Shown: positions 50,644-62,300 of the stretch, piece by piece | Layout of the letters: the number at the start of each line of letters is the position of its first letter | Numbering within the stretch: the first letter of the stretch is position 1 | Virus record (IMG/VR): IMGVR_UViG_3300020558_000217 | Coordinates: 1 to 64,000 of that record | Reading direction: 5' to 3' (one strand) | Length of the DNA: 64,000 nt | From: a virus | Program-made: the position numbers and the translations under genes | The notes under the pieces: generated by a model | Database searches by the model: none | Told to the model about the DNA's origin: nothing | The model's input: only the letters and a program-made list of their open reading frames with translations

Positions 50644-51089
50644 TAAAACATGAGTCCTAGCTCTTTTTCAGTTATGATTTCAAATTCATAACCTCTGTCT
50701 CTACAAAATTCTCTGGCAGCTTTCCATTTTGCTGAATTTACACCCCAAGTCATAACTTCATTAACATATTTCCGAGACTTTCTTTTACCTTCAGTAATAG
50801 TTGGAGGTAAAGTCTGGGCATAAGGTTTTATTTCAATTACTATAGTTTTGGTACCTTCTTTAGTTTTTTTCCTGACTACAAAATCAGGATAATACCTATG
50901 GACTCTATTGTCCACTGGAGATCTATAAGGAATTATAGTCTCTTCGCTCTGCCACCAAATAACGTCTGGATCTTTATCCAGCCTAGCCATATACACAAAT
51001 TCCCATCTACTTCTGTAGACAATATTTGAAGAATCGCCTTTGTATTTATCAGGGTTTATGGGTTTAAAGTAACCTTTATATGTTGCCAT
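50643..51089 (-). CDS. 4: Head completion nuclease gp4
   Basis: YRSRWE, SEE..IPYRSP.D...HRYYPDF, IEIKP, N.AKW.AA. Confidence 0.92.
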   Translation of the reverse strand: MATYKGYFKPINPDKYKGDSSNIVYRSRWEFVYMARLDKDPDVIWWQSEETIIPYRSPVDNRVHRYYPDFVVRKKTKEGTKTIVIEIKPYAQTLPPTITEGKRKSRKYVNEVMTWGVNSAKWKAAREFCRDRGYEFEIITEKELGLMF

Positions 51090-51151
51090 CTTGATACAGT
51101 TTAAATAAATAAAGTAAAGTAGTAATATTTATTACAAGATTAAGGGATACT

Positions 51152-51913
51152 ATGGCTCTAACACAGAACTTTCCGCAGCCGCCCGGAAGATTTAACAGAC
51201 AATCAAGAACATTTCCTGAAGACTTAATTCAGTCTAATAGAGGATTTTACACGAATATCAGTCTTGTTAATTATGAATACAGTCTAGTATCAAACGGTTT
51301 AGGAGCTATCTCTTATGGTGGCGGATTCAAACTACCAATCCCTAGAAGATTAAATGATAATGAAGTTATTTTATGGGAAGAATGGAGCGGCATTAATGCA
51401 ATTCAACAAGGATTAACTACACTTGGTTCTTATCTACCTGGAGCTAATCAATTAAATACTCTTGCTAATGCTGGTCTTGCTGGCATAGAAATAGGTGGAA
51501 TGTTTGGCACCGGCGTGCCAGGTATTTCTCAAGGAGGAGAAACTGTTAGTCCATTTATGTATATGATGTATAAAAGGCCCGGATTCAAAGAATTCACGTT
51601 AAGCTGGACTTTGGCGCCAAATACCGAAAGCGAATCTGATACATTATTGAGTATAATAAAAGAATGTAAAAAGGCTGCATTACCTAGTATTGGTAGTGCT
51701 TGGGGGTTACAAAAGTATCCTAAAATCGCTCTGGTCTCATTTAAGCCAGAAAAGTATCTGTTTAAACTGAAGCCATGTGCGATCATTTCAGTGCAAGTAG
51801 ATTATAATGGTTCTGGTACTCCATCTTTCTTTAAAAGCGGCGCACCAACAATAATAAATCTAACATTACAATTGAAAGAAATCCAACTTTGGACTTCTGA
51901 AGAAATTACATAA
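51152..51913 (+). CDS. 48: Baseplate tail-tube cap gp48-like
   Basis: F.L.W.LAP....ES...I, YP, V.VDY..SG..SFF..GAP...LTL.L.E. Confidence 0.65.
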   Translation: MALTQNFPQPPGRFNRQSRTFPEDLIQSNRGFYTNISLVNYEYSLVSNGLGAISYGGGFKLPIPRRLNDNEVILWEEWSGINAIQQGLTTLGSYLPGANQLNTLANAGLAGIEIGGMFGTGVPGISQGGETVSPFMYMMYKRPGFKEFTLSWTLAPNTESESDTLLSIIKECKKAALPSIGSAWGLQKYPKIALVSFKPEKYLFKLKPCAIISVQVDYNGSGTPSFFKSGAPTIINLTLQLKEIQLWTSEEIT

Positions 51914-51924
51914 AAGAGCAAGAA

Positions 51925-52800
51925 ATGCCACAAAGATATTTCGACAAATTTCCTGTAATCACCTATGCCAATAATCAGGCTATAGATATTACTAGACGTG
52001 TCACAGTTTTAGATAAAATTGAAAACATACCATTTGTGTATTATCCTTATGAGATTACTGATAACGAGAGACCAGATCAACTAAGTGCTAGATATTACGA
52101 AGATCAGTATAAAAGCTGGATCATTTACATTGTTAATAAAATAGTAGATCCATATTATGAGTGGTATTTACACGAAAGAGAAATGGTTGATTTTCTAGAT
52201 AAGAAATATGGTTCGTATTATAACGCTCAAACTAAAGTCAAACATTATATGAACAATTGGGCGGACAGCGATCAAATAACAATTGGTGGATACAATGCGT
52301 TGACCGTTGGACAACAAAGGTATTGGGAGCCTGTAATCGGTACCAATGGCAAAACTATGTCATATAAAAGAAAACAAATAGACTGGAAAACTAATACAAA
52401 TAAAATTGTACAATATAATGTTAGTAATACCTCATTTATCAAAGACGAAATTTGTTATATCAATTTTGATACTGAAAACTATGGTAGAGGTCAGGTATTA
52501 TCAGTATCTAATAATTTAGTTTCTATATGTCATGTCAGTGGAGTCTATAAAAATAGCGCAGAAGTTTCTATAACTTCAAACAGCTATATCTATGGTTCTG
52601 AAAGTTCAGTGAATACAGTCTTTACTACTTCAACTGTAGTTTCTTCAAATATACCTGTGGATGAAGAAATATATTGGAAGCCAATTACTTATTTGCAATA
52701 TGAAGAGGATAAAAATGAATTTAATAAAACTATCAGAATTTTGGATAGTAGATTGAAACAAGTAGCAGTTGACAACTTAACAGATTTATTGAGCGAATAA
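51925..52800 (+). CDS. 53: Baseplate wedge gp53
   Basis: YFDKFP.I.Y, ERPDQLS..YY, N.IVDPYYEW. Confidence 0.85.
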   Translation: MPQRYFDKFPVITYANNQAIDITRRVTVLDKIENIPFVYYPYEITDNERPDQLSARYYEDQYKSWIIYIVNKIVDPYYEWYLHEREMVDFLDKKYGSYYNAQTKVKHYMNNWADSDQITIGGYNALTVGQQRYWEPVIGTNGKTMSYKRKQIDWKTNTNKIVQYNVSNTSFIKDEICYINFDTENYGRGQVLSVSNNLVSICHVSGVYKNSAEVSITSNSYIYGSESSVNTVFTTSTVVSSNIPVDEEIYWKPITYLQYEEDKNEFNKTIRILDSRLKQVAVDNLTDLLSE

Positions 52801-52801
52801 C

Positions 52802-54058
52802 ATGGCTGCTGGCGATATTAAGATATCCAATGTTAAAATAGGAAATATGGAACTAACCAAGGACAAAAAGGTCTCATTGGTTGGATTCAACGTATATGAA
52901 GATATATTGAACCCATATGGTCCTGTTGGAGAGGTCAGAGTTATGGACCCATCCGATTCATTGGGCCAAAACAGAATCAACGGTTCTTATGATCAGGACG
53001 TTGAAATAAGATTTTCAGGAGATGATAGTATTTTTAGTGCCGGTGGCGGTGGCAATTTCAAATTCAAAATGTTCCAAAATAAAAATCTTAACGACCAATC
53101 ACAAAACAATTTCGGTTCAGGTCACCACAAACAATATGATATTAGGTGTGTTTCTCCAGAATTTTTAAATGCTCAGGGTAATCATATTGAAAAAAGTTTC
53201 AAAGGCAAAACAAGCGAAGTTGTTGAACATATCCTTAAAGAAGGATTTAAGACCAAAAGAAAAATAGAAAAAGCTGACACTAAAGGAAATCGTAGAATTG
53301 TTATTCCTAAAATGCATCCTTTAGATGCATTGAAAAAAATGAACACGGAACATGTTTCAGAGAAATATGAATCTTCTACATTTGCTCTTTTTCAACAGGG
53401 AGACAGTAATGGTGAACACAAATATGTATTCAAAACATTTGAAGAATTATTCGAGAAGTCTCCAGTAGTCAAATTAAGACAAACTACAAATCTAAATTTT
53501 TCTAAGGCAAATCAACAAGACAGACAAAATTCTATAATGTGGTTTAAACCATCAAAGAACTTTGATGCTGGCCCAAGAGCATTGGATAAAACCGAAGAGT
53601 ATGCTGTAGATTTAACAACTCATAAGGTTGTTGCAACAAACACACAAAAACGAAATAAATTTAAGTTTGCTGACAATCAAGGAGTTTATGACAGTTCTCC
53701 TTCTTATGCTAAATCTGCTCCTGTAAGATATATACATGATAAAGCGAATAACAAAGATAAACATACAACTTCTGAGGCCAAAACAAAAAGAGCAGCATTT
53801 TTGGCTCATTTAGCGCAGAACTCAGCAGAATTAGAAGTTTACTATAACCCTAAAATTACTTTAGGATCTATGGTTGAACTGGACATACCTAAGAAATCTA
53901 ATAGCAATTGGGAAGAAGGTGAATCTCAGTTTAATGGAAAATGTCTAGTGGTTGCTATAAGAACAAAGTATAGGGTTGCGGCAGAACCACCAAACTGCAC
54001 AATGATATTAAGAGTTGTTAAGGCGTCGTTCAAACGTGGCGGTGGAGGTCAGGGATAA
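52802..54058 (+). CDS. Baseplate hub protein (gp27-like)
   Basis: Between gp53 and gp5; N.YEDI, G.CLV.AIR. Confidence 0.55.
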   Translation: MAAGDIKISNVKIGNMELTKDKKVSLVGFNVYEDILNPYGPVGEVRVMDPSDSLGQNRINGSYDQDVEIRFSGDDSIFSAGGGGNFKFKMFQNKNLNDQSQNNFGSGHHKQYDIRCVSPEFLNAQGNHIEKSFKGKTSEVVEHILKEGFKTKRKIEKADTKGNRRIVIPKMHPLDALKKMNTEHVSEKYESSTFALFQQGDSNGEHKYVFKTFEELFEKSPVVKLRQTTNLNFSKANQQDRQNSIMWFKPSKNFDAGPRALDKTEEYAVDLTTHKVVATNTQKRNKFKFADNQGVYDSSPSYAKSAPVRYIHDKANNKDKHTTSEAKTKRAAFLAHLAQNSAELEVYYNPKITLGSMVELDIPKKSNSNWEEGESQFNGKCLVVAIRTKYRVAAEPPNCTMILRVVKASFKRGGGGQG

Positions 54059-54465
54059 TGTTTTATATTGCAGAAGTTAGAAATTTTGAAGATGATCCTA
54101 CTAAATCAGGTCGTGTTAAAGTCAGAATTTATAACGAACATAATGATGAACAAGCAATCAAAGACGAAGAACTTCCATGGGCTATGGTAGTACAACCTAT
54201 AACATCAGCTGCAACGTCAAGAATTGGAGTTTCGCCTTCAGGATTAAAAGTGGGCTCTAGAGTATTAGTTACATATTTACCTCATGATACTGCTATGCAA
54301 TATCCTATTGTTCTTGGTTCTTTGGCTCGTGGTGATATGCCAGAGGGTCACGAAGATAGTAATGGCGGCGTAGGTCAACAATCACAAGAAGCTCAAAGAA
54401 ATTCTGGAGGTAAAATTAAGAAACCTGGTATTGATAATCCTGCTTGGACAAGGAAAAGTAATTAA
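54058..54465 (+). CDS. gp5 N-terminal OB-fold domain, stand-alone
   Basis: DP.KSGRVKVRI...LPWA.V.QP.TSA...G...GSRV...YPIVLGS. Confidence 0.8.
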   Translation: MFYIAEVRNFEDDPTKSGRVKVRIYNEHNDEQAIKDEELPWAMVVQPITSAATSRIGVSPSGLKVGSRVLVTYLPHDTAMQYPIVLGSLARGDMPEGHEDSNGGVGQQSQEAQRNSGGKIKKPGIDNPAWTRKSN

Positions 54466-55940
54466 TGGCAGAAAAGGCTTTTGAGAACAATAACAAAACA
54501 GTTAGTCCGAATCATCAGACATTAGGTGGTAAAAAACCTAAGATTAATGCTGAAGTAAAATATGCTGACGCTCCTGCAGTAAAGCCAGATGATTCTAAAA
54601 CATTATCTGACGCTCGAGATAAATTTGCTCCAAATGCGGATAAGCCAACTTCTGCTTCGGCTGATAAAGGTCAAACTGATCTACCTCAATTGATGAAAAA
54701 GGTTGATCCGCAAGGAAAAGCGCAAGTTTTGCCTCAAATGTATCAGCAATTAATGCAGATGTCAAATATTTTAGGCATGGGCAGCGGCATGATGGGCGGC
54801 ATGGGCGCTGGTGGTTCAGGACAAAATACACCACAAGGTATTCTACAAAATAGTGACCCAATACCTGCAGGTATAGTTACTGTAATTAACGATTCGTTTA
54901 CTGGCGCTCTTGCAATTTTGTCTCTCAGATATGGGTTTGAGAGAGTCATTTTGGTATTTACTACTTTATTAGATAAAGGCGGTATAGATAGAATTGATGA
55001 TAGGTTTCAGGATATCGTTAAGAATGGTATAGCAAATTTAATTAAAGTTGCTTTGTATTATGGGCCATTGAATATTCCTGTTTCAGTTTATGATGAAACA
55101 ATTTATGGCGACATTGTACCAGAACCTTTAGTTTCTTTAAGTAATGTGCCAGATGGATACAATAAACAATATTATGAAATTGCTGACGATCCATATCCCG
55201 GATACATAGAATGGTTATCACCAGACAAAACTGAAAAAGTTTATACCAGGAGACCGCCTGGTTCGTTTGTTTACACAACGCCAAATGAAGAGACATATTC
55301 AGTTTCTGAATTAGAAATCGCTGCCGATCTTAAGCCATACATTCAGATACAAATACCACAGCCATTATTGACGACTGATATATTAAATGAGATATTGGCC
55401 AAACAAGTTGTCAATGTAGAGGAAAATATTACCAACAATAATATTGGTAACAACTCAAGTCAAAATAATAATAGCAGTGGTGGTGGGAATATGGGAGGTC
55501 AATTGCAATCTCTTATGCAAATGTTGCTCTCACAACAGCTACCAAAATCTGTATTGAATCAAGGCGATGTACAAAAAACAATGAATCAATTTACTAAAGA
55601 TATGTCATTCAATAATCAGTTGTTTGAATTAGGTAACCAAGCTATGGGCGGAGGAATGGGCGGCGGTCTCGGTTCTCTAGGTAACATGGGTGGTATTTCA
55701 AATATCATGAGCGGTTTCAATTCCGGTGGCGGTGGTATTTCAGGAGTGCTCGGTAATCTTGGTGGTGGTAATTTATTAGGAAGTTTTGGTGGTTTTGGTG
55801 GTGGATCAGGCGGAGGTGGCGGAGGTGCTGGTAGTGGATTCCCTGGCGCTTCTGGTGGCGGATTTTATACTGGTGGAGATGTTACTGATACTGGTAAGAA
55901 AAATATTGCTCAGATGTTAACATTATTAGGTATAAGTTAA
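54465..55940 (+). CDS. Hypothetical baseplate-region protein with Gly/Met-rich segments
   Basis: 491 aa ORF between the gp5 N and C pieces. Confidence 0.55.
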   Translation: MAEKAFENNNKTVSPNHQTLGGKKPKINAEVKYADAPAVKPDDSKTLSDARDKFAPNADKPTSASADKGQTDLPQLMKKVDPQGKAQVLPQMYQQLMQMSNILGMGSGMMGGMGAGGSGQNTPQGILQNSDPIPAGIVTVINDSFTGALAILSLRYGFERVILVFTTLLDKGGIDRIDDRFQDIVKNGIANLIKVALYYGPLNIPVSVYDETIYGDIVPEPLVSLSNVPDGYNKQYYEIADDPYPGYIEWLSPDKTEKVYTRRPPGSFVYTTPNEETYSVSELEIAADLKPYIQIQIPQPLLTTDILNEILAKQVVNVEENITNNNIGNNSSQNNNSSGGGNMGGQLQSLMQMLLSQQLPKSVLNQGDVQKTMNQFTKDMSFNNQLFELGNQAMGGGMGGGLGSLGNMGGISNIMSGFNSGGGGISGVLGNLGGGNLLGSFGGFGGGSGGGGGGAGSGFPGASGGGFYTGGDVTDTGKKNIAQMLTLLGIS

Positions 55941-56758
55941 TGGTAGATCATAATAAAAAAGTTCCAAAATCAGCACTAGACGAAAACGAGATTGAACCAA
56001 AATATGGTTATGTTCATGGAGAATGGGACGCACTTGGCGGACACCATTTAGTATATCGTAATCCAGAAGAACACGAAAAATCATATTCAGAGTCATTAAC
56101 TCCCAGTGGAAGTTACCAGATAACTCATCATGATCAAAAGAAAAAAGAGATACACACAGCAGTAAATCCTGGAGAACATAGAGCTTATGTTGGTGGTGGT
56201 AAATCAATTCAAGTAGACGGTCATTTCGATCACAATGGTGAAAAAACTGGTAGAATGGAACACGGTGATGATTTTGGTCAAACTACTGGTAAAAATTACT
56301 ATAGAGGAACTGGCAAAAAAGAATTCAAAATGTCTGGAGATTCCAGATATAATGGTGTTCAAAAAGGTTCGGCTCCTGTTCATTGTAATGTTGATGCAGG
56401 AACAAATAGAAATAGAGTGAAAGGCGATAGGTTTCACGCCACAGAAGGCGATTATGTTTCTATGGGCGAGAAGAAAAAAATTGAAGTCTTTCAAAAAGAC
56501 GTTTCAATGTATGCAGGTGCCAATCATGATGTATTCGTTAAAGAAAAAGGTAAAATAGAAACAGGTAGCACGATGTTAGTGCAGACCGGATCTACAGCTA
56601 CTGTAAATTCTGCCTCTGACGCTCTTGTTAAAGCAGCAACAGAAATTACAGTGGATGCTGGTTCTAAGATAACTTTAAAAGTCGGTGGTTCTAGTATTGT
56701 CATTGAAAGCGGTTCTATTACTATCAAGTCCGCAAGTATTAAGTTTGAACAAGGTTAA
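55940..56758 (+). CDS. gp5 C-terminal beta-helix spike-like protein
   Basis: Repetitive beta strands ending ITLKVGGSSIVIESGSITIK; precedes PAAR-like gene. Confidence 0.7.
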   Translation: MVDHNKKVPKSALDENEIEPKYGYVHGEWDALGGHHLVYRNPEEHEKSYSESLTPSGSYQITHHDQKKKEIHTAVNPGEHRAYVGGGKSIQVDGHFDHNGEKTGRMEHGDDFGQTTGKNYYRGTGKKEFKMSGDSRYNGVQKGSAPVHCNVDAGTNRNRVKGDRFHATEGDYVSMGEKKKIEVFQKDVSMYAGANHDVFVKEKGKIETGSTMLVQTGSTATVNSASDALVKAATEITVDAGSKITLKVGGSSIVIESGSITIKSASIKFEQG

Positions 56759-56766
56759 ATAGTTAG

Positions 56767-57054
56767 ATGGCTCAAGCACATAGACAAGACGATCAGAGAT
56801 CTTGTGGGGCTACTACAATAGTTAGTGGTCAAAGTTTTGTTACTATTGACGGTAAATTATGGGCTGTAGAGAATGATCAAAATACTCATGGCGCTGGCGG
56901 TTTGATTGCTAGTAAATCGTATATTACGATTGGTGGTAAAAAGATTATAGTTGTGAATGATAGTGCTAATCAAGATAATTTATGTCCAACGGCTGGAGGA
57001 GAACATTGTAATCCAAAGGCTTCATCCGGAAGTAGCTTAGTAGACGTAGGATAA
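56767..57054 (+). CDS. PAAR-like spike tip (gp5.4)
   Basis: HRQDD.RSCGA, V.I.GK repeats, HCNP.ASSGS..V. Confidence 0.75.
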   Translation: MAQAHRQDDQRSCGATTIVSGQSFVTIDGKLWAVENDQNTHGAGGLIASKSYITIGGKKIIVVNDSANQDNLCPTAGGEHCNPKASSGSSLVDVG

Positions 57055-57056
57055 AA

Positions 57057-57485
57057 ATGGCATTAACAAGAGCAGATACCTTCACAGGTTCTAAAAAACA
57101 AATTGAATATTTTTCAGACTTTTTGACTAGTTTTGCAAAAACACCAATTGGAAATCAATTGGCTAGAGTAACAAACGAACAAGCTGTCGTGCAGTCTTTG
57201 AAAAATCTTATAAGAACAAATTTGGGCGAAAGATTGTTTCAGCCTACAGTTGGTTCTGACGTTATGGCAACTTTATTTGAGTTGAACACAGACGAGGCTA
57301 GGGATTCATTAGAATTATTCATCAATAACACTGTTGAGAACAATGAACCTAGAGTCAATCTAGTACAAACCATAGTGAATACCGATAATATTAATGAAAA
57401 TCAAATTGAGATAACTTTGATTTATAACTTAATAAATAATCCAACAGAGTTAACTCTTAATTTAGTACTAAAAAGAGTCCGATAA
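57057..57485 (+). CDS. 25: Baseplate wedge gp25
   Basis: SLKNLIRTNLGERLFQP.VGS, NEPRV. Confidence 0.92.
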   Translation: MALTRADTFTGSKKQIEYFSDFLTSFAKTPIGNQLARVTNEQAVVQSLKNLIRTNLGERLFQPTVGSDVMATLFELNTDEARDSLELFINNTVENNEPRVNLVQTIVNTDNINENQIEITLIYNLINNPTELTLNLVLKRVR

Positions 57486-59300
57486 ATGGCAAATAGTTCA
57501 CTCAATCTTTCGTCTCTAGATTTTGACACCCTTAAAGATAATTTTAAGGAATTTCTAAAAACACAATCAGCATTCAAAGATTATAATTTTGATGGTTCGA
57601 ATATTAACGTTCTCCTAGACGTTATGTCTTATAATTCATATTTAAATTCGTTTTATTTAAATATGATTGCATCAGAGATGTTCTTAGATTCAGCTCAAAA
57701 AATAGACTCTGTTATTTCTCATGCAAAAGAATTAAATTACACGCCCAGAAGTTCTCATTCTGCTGTTGCTAATATCACTTTTACTGTGGAAACTAGCGGA
57801 TTTACATCAAATAAATTAACGATTCCCAAAGGGACCAGATTCACTGGTTTTAATTCTAACGGAACATATACCTTCGTTACAGATCTTTCACAGACTTTTG
57901 TTTCTTCTAATAATACTTATTTGGTAGAAAACATCCAAATAAATGAAGGCACATATTTTACTGATTCTTTTGTTTTAGATTACGAAATTGAAAATCAAAG
58001 ATTTATACTTTCTAACGAAAACATTGATATTGAAAGTATTACAGTAAATGTCTCGGAAAATGGAGTTAATACTGATTACACTTTTGCAACCACTTTGTTT
58101 GGTTTAAGTGACGCCTCTACCGTTTATTTTATTCAGGCAGTCGAAGGCGGTAGATATGAAATTAGATTTGGTGATGGATTATTTGGAAAAAAACCAATAA
58201 ACGGAGCTACGGTTGTTGTTGAATATATTGTAACAAATGGTTCAGATGGTAATGGTGTTGAAAATTTTGCATTAACAGATAATCTTGGTCCTGGTAATGG
58301 CGGCGAAGCTACTGCTTCGGAAATCACAGTTATTACTAGTTCTATACAAGGCGCAAATCAAGAAACTATAGAAGACATAAAATTTAATGCTCCTAGATAT
58401 TTTGCCGCTCAACAAAGAGCAGTTTCTATAGATGATTATTACTCACTAGTGCGTGCCAAATTTGGTGGAGCTGTTGACGATGTTATTATCTATGGTGGGC
58501 AAGATTTAGAACCAAAACTATACGGAAGAGTTATTGTTTCAGTAAAACCAACCGCATCTGTTACTGCATCTTCATTATTAAAAAATGATATCGTAAATTA
58601 TTTACAAGATTTTATCGCTCTACCAAATAGAGTCATAGTAACTGATCCTGATTATTTTTATATTGATGTATCTTCTACAGTTCAATTTAATTCTAAACTG
58701 ACAACAAAATATTCTACTGAAATTAAAAGTATGATATTGGATGGTATTATTAATTTTAGTAGAGATCATTTAGAAAAATTTGGCAACGATTTTAGATATA
58801 GCAGATTCGTTACTCGTATCGATTCATTAGATCAGAGTATAACAAGTAATGATACACGAGTAAAAATAATCAAAAGATTGACCCCTAAATTATTATTTGC
58901 TACTTCTTTTGATGTCCGTTTCAATAATGGAGCTGAACAAGAAGGTTTATATGATGGTGTAGCATATCCAGATCAAAGAGTTTTAACTAGCACAGGATTT
59001 TCATACGTTGACGAAGAAGATAATATCTATCCTAACTGTTATTTAGAAGACGACGCTCTTGGTAATGTATTAGTATATACGTTTTTGAAAGGTATCAAAA
59101 CTATCTTAAAAACAAATATTGGAATCATAAATTATGAAACTGGTGCAGTATCGATAACCAATCTTAAAACTTCTTATTATAATAGTTACATAGAGTTATC
59201 TTTAACTACTAAAAATAAAGATATCATTGCATCTAAAAACATGGTTCTTTTAATTGACCCTGTTGACGTTAACATAGACATCATAGAAACAATAAGATAA
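57486..59300 (+). CDS. 6: Baseplate wedge gp6
   Basis: LDFD.LK..F, DYNFDGS, EMFLDSA, FGDG.FGK, QQRAVS.DDY. Confidence 0.93.
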   Translation: MANSSLNLSSLDFDTLKDNFKEFLKTQSAFKDYNFDGSNINVLLDVMSYNSYLNSFYLNMIASEMFLDSAQKIDSVISHAKELNYTPRSSHSAVANITFTVETSGFTSNKLTIPKGTRFTGFNSNGTYTFVTDLSQTFVSSNNTYLVENIQINEGTYFTDSFVLDYEIENQRFILSNENIDIESITVNVSENGVNTDYTFATTLFGLSDASTVYFIQAVEGGRYEIRFGDGLFGKKPINGATVVVEYIVTNGSDGNGVENFALTDNLGPGNGGEATASEITVITSSIQGANQETIEDIKFNAPRYFAAQQRAVSIDDYYSLVRAKFGGAVDDVIIYGGQDLEPKLYGRVIVSVKPTASVTASSLLKNDIVNYLQDFIALPNRVIVTDPDYFYIDVSSTVQFNSKLTTKYSTEIKSMILDGIINFSRDHLEKFGNDFRYSRFVTRIDSLDQSITSNDTRVKIIKRLTPKLLFATSFDVRFNNGAEQEGLYDGVAYPDQRVLTSTGFSYVDEEDNIYPNCYLEDDALGNVLVYTFLKGIKTILKTNIGIINYETGAVSITNLKTSYYNSYIELSLTTKNKDIIASKNMVLLIDPVDVNIDIIETIR

Positions 59301-59301
59301 A

Positions 59302-62300
59302 ATGGATCCAAAAATAGAAAAAACGATATCTAATTTCGTTCAGAATCAGTTTCCGCAATTCTATCAAGAGGAAGGCGAAAATTTTATTCTGTTTGTCAAA
59401 ACATATTTTGAATGGATGGAAACTGAAGGTCAGCCTATCAGAGAGGCTAGACAATTATTTGAATATAGAGATATTGATACAACTATTGAAAGATTTTTAG
59501 AATATTTTCAGAAAAAATATTTATACGGAATACCATTCAACATTATTGCCAATAAAAGATTTTTGTTAAAACATATACTTAATGTATATCGTTCTAAAGG
59601 TACAATACAAGGTTATAAACTATTATTCAGATTGATATATAATGAAGACGTAGACGTTTATCTGCCCGGTAAAGATGTTCTTAGGGTATCTGATGGTAAA
59701 TGGGTGGAACCAAAATATTTGGAATTATCTTGGAGTCCAATTTTAGATTCGTTAATTGGTAAAACAATATATGGAGTATCTTCTGGAACTTCGGCTGTAG
59801 TTGAACGAATTGTAAAAGAACGTTTTAACAAAGACGAAATATATGTAATGTATATTAATGATGTTGGTCCCAAAGGCGGAGATTTCATCGTTTCTGAAAA
59901 AATTGTTGATAACCAATTCAAATCTAATTCTGAATTGGTTAGTTTATCGCCTACAGTTTTGGGTTCTTTGGACAGACTTGATGTTTTCAATAGTGGTAAC
60001 TCGTTTAATGTTGGCGACGTTCTTAAAATTGCATACAAAGATTTAGATACAAATGAAATAGATTCATTTGGCGATCAAGGTTTGATTGTAGTTACTTCAC
60101 TATTTCGTGGATTCGGATCGCTCAACTTTAACATCAGAAATGGTGGTTTCGGGTTTACTGCTAATGCTGCTATTTTCTTATATAAAAACATACTAGATCA
60201 AACTGGTCAGGGCGCAAGTTTTAATATTAAAATAGCCGACGTTAGAAGATTAACATATAATACAGATCTATTTTTAGATTTTATGGATCTTCAATTAGAC
60301 GAAATATACGGTTTCAGTAAATATCAAAACGCAAATTCGGCTTCTACACTGGACGAATGTTTTTCCTACGATACAAATGATTTTGGTAGAATAGCGGCGC
60401 TAACAAACGTTTTAACTGGTAATGGTTATATTGCTCCTGCTAATGTTTTTATTCGTTCTACTTATAGATCTAAAAATATTCCGGGAAGATTGACTTGGTA
60501 CAACAGTAACGATTTTATTAACGCTTACTCCACGGACGTCTATGTTAATACCTCATTTATCAGTAATAACGTTATTCTTATAGCAAACGCTGTTAAACAT
60601 TATGATACAAACGCATACGTAGATTATATTGTACCAGCAGGAAATACTGCTATTAATGGTTTGACTGCTAATACAAGATATTATGTGAAAACTACTAATA
60701 CGTTAGGTATTACATTAAGCGCCACTCAAGGCGGAACGACTTTAAATATTAATACAGCTGTCACTAGTAATACCACTGAAAGACATTCTTTCATAACAAA
60801 GGCTCTTACAAAAAGTTTTTTTGCTAACACTACCTCTGTAAATAATGCAAGCTATTCTATCCTAGTAACAGATGCTAATACTTATTTTTACCCAGACGAT
60901 TATGTATATTATCTTGTCCCTGCAGGCAATACTGGGTTACTTGGTATTACACCAAATAGTTTTTATTATGTAGAAAGCTCGAACTCTACAGCTATAACAT
61001 TGAGCGATACATTCACAGGCAATTCAGATCCAATTGAAATTGCAACAGATGTTATATTGGCTGGAGAAACGCATTATCTATTAAATGACACTACTAGAAA
61101 TATTTACCCATACGTAAACGGTTATTCTACACAAGTTTATGCTAATACATTTTCAATTAATAATACTAGTTATGCAATCAAAATAGCAAACGCTGATATA
61201 TATTTTTCTGTTAATGATAGAGTTTATTATGACGTTCCTGTTGGTAATACCGCCATAGCTAATTTAAGAGCAAATTCTGTTGTTTACATCAAAACTTCTA
61301 ATTCGTCAGCAATTACTCTGAGTAACACTGCTGGCGGTCCAGTAATGCAAATTTACACCAGTTCTTCTGGAGCAGCAGAAACACATACTATTAAAACTGC
61401 TAAATTTAGTAAATATTTCGCAAATGATGACGTTATATATCTACAATCAGACAGCACAAATGCTAATACTTTGGAATTGGCAGTTATTAGAAATATAATA
61501 AGCGATGTATCGATACAGCTGTACGGGTTCACTAACAGCAGCTCTACGAGTAATTCTCTTTATGGAAGAGCTGTTGTTATTATGCCTTCTCAGTTTGATG
61601 TTTCAGAGTTTACAGGCAGAAATAAAATTACAGGTAATTCTGATATTTTCAGTATTCTTTCTTATACATATAGTACCTTAGATTATACCAATTTAGCTAA
61701 TATTATGAAAAGGCTAGATGGTACCATAAATGGTATAAATGATAATATCGAAGCTCTAAATTCTAGTGGTAATAATATTGTAGAAAATGTTTCAGCGATC
61801 AATTCTGGTAAGGCTTATGTTGAAGGCGAATCAGTACGAGCTTATCGTTATGGTATTTTGCAAGTACCCACTGTTGCAAAAGGTGGAACAGGTTATGTCA
61901 ATGGTGACACAATCATATTCAGCGGCGGTGTTACTGAAACACCTGCCAGAGGCTCAATTCTGACAAATTCTCAAGGCAATGTAGTTTCTGTTAATACAGC
62001 AGAAGGAGCTTGGTATGGCGGTGTAGGTTATAATTCACTACCAGAAATAAGTATTAGATCAGCGAATAATTTAGCAAATGGCGCCGTTTTAACCACAAAT
62101 TATATCCCATTTGATACAGCCAATGAAATCAGAGGATTAGTGAGAAAAAGCGGAATAGGTAGAGGATTGGGTTATTGGGCGACTACTGATGGACTTTTGA
62201 ATTCGGATAAGGTCATTCAAGATAGTTATTATTATCAGGATTATTCTTATGAATTGAGAACTGCACTTAGTCTAGAAACATACAAAGACGTATTTTACTC

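Noticed and set aside
55640-55880. GGT/GGC-rich DNA repeat
   Set aside because: Explained by a Gly-rich coding segment
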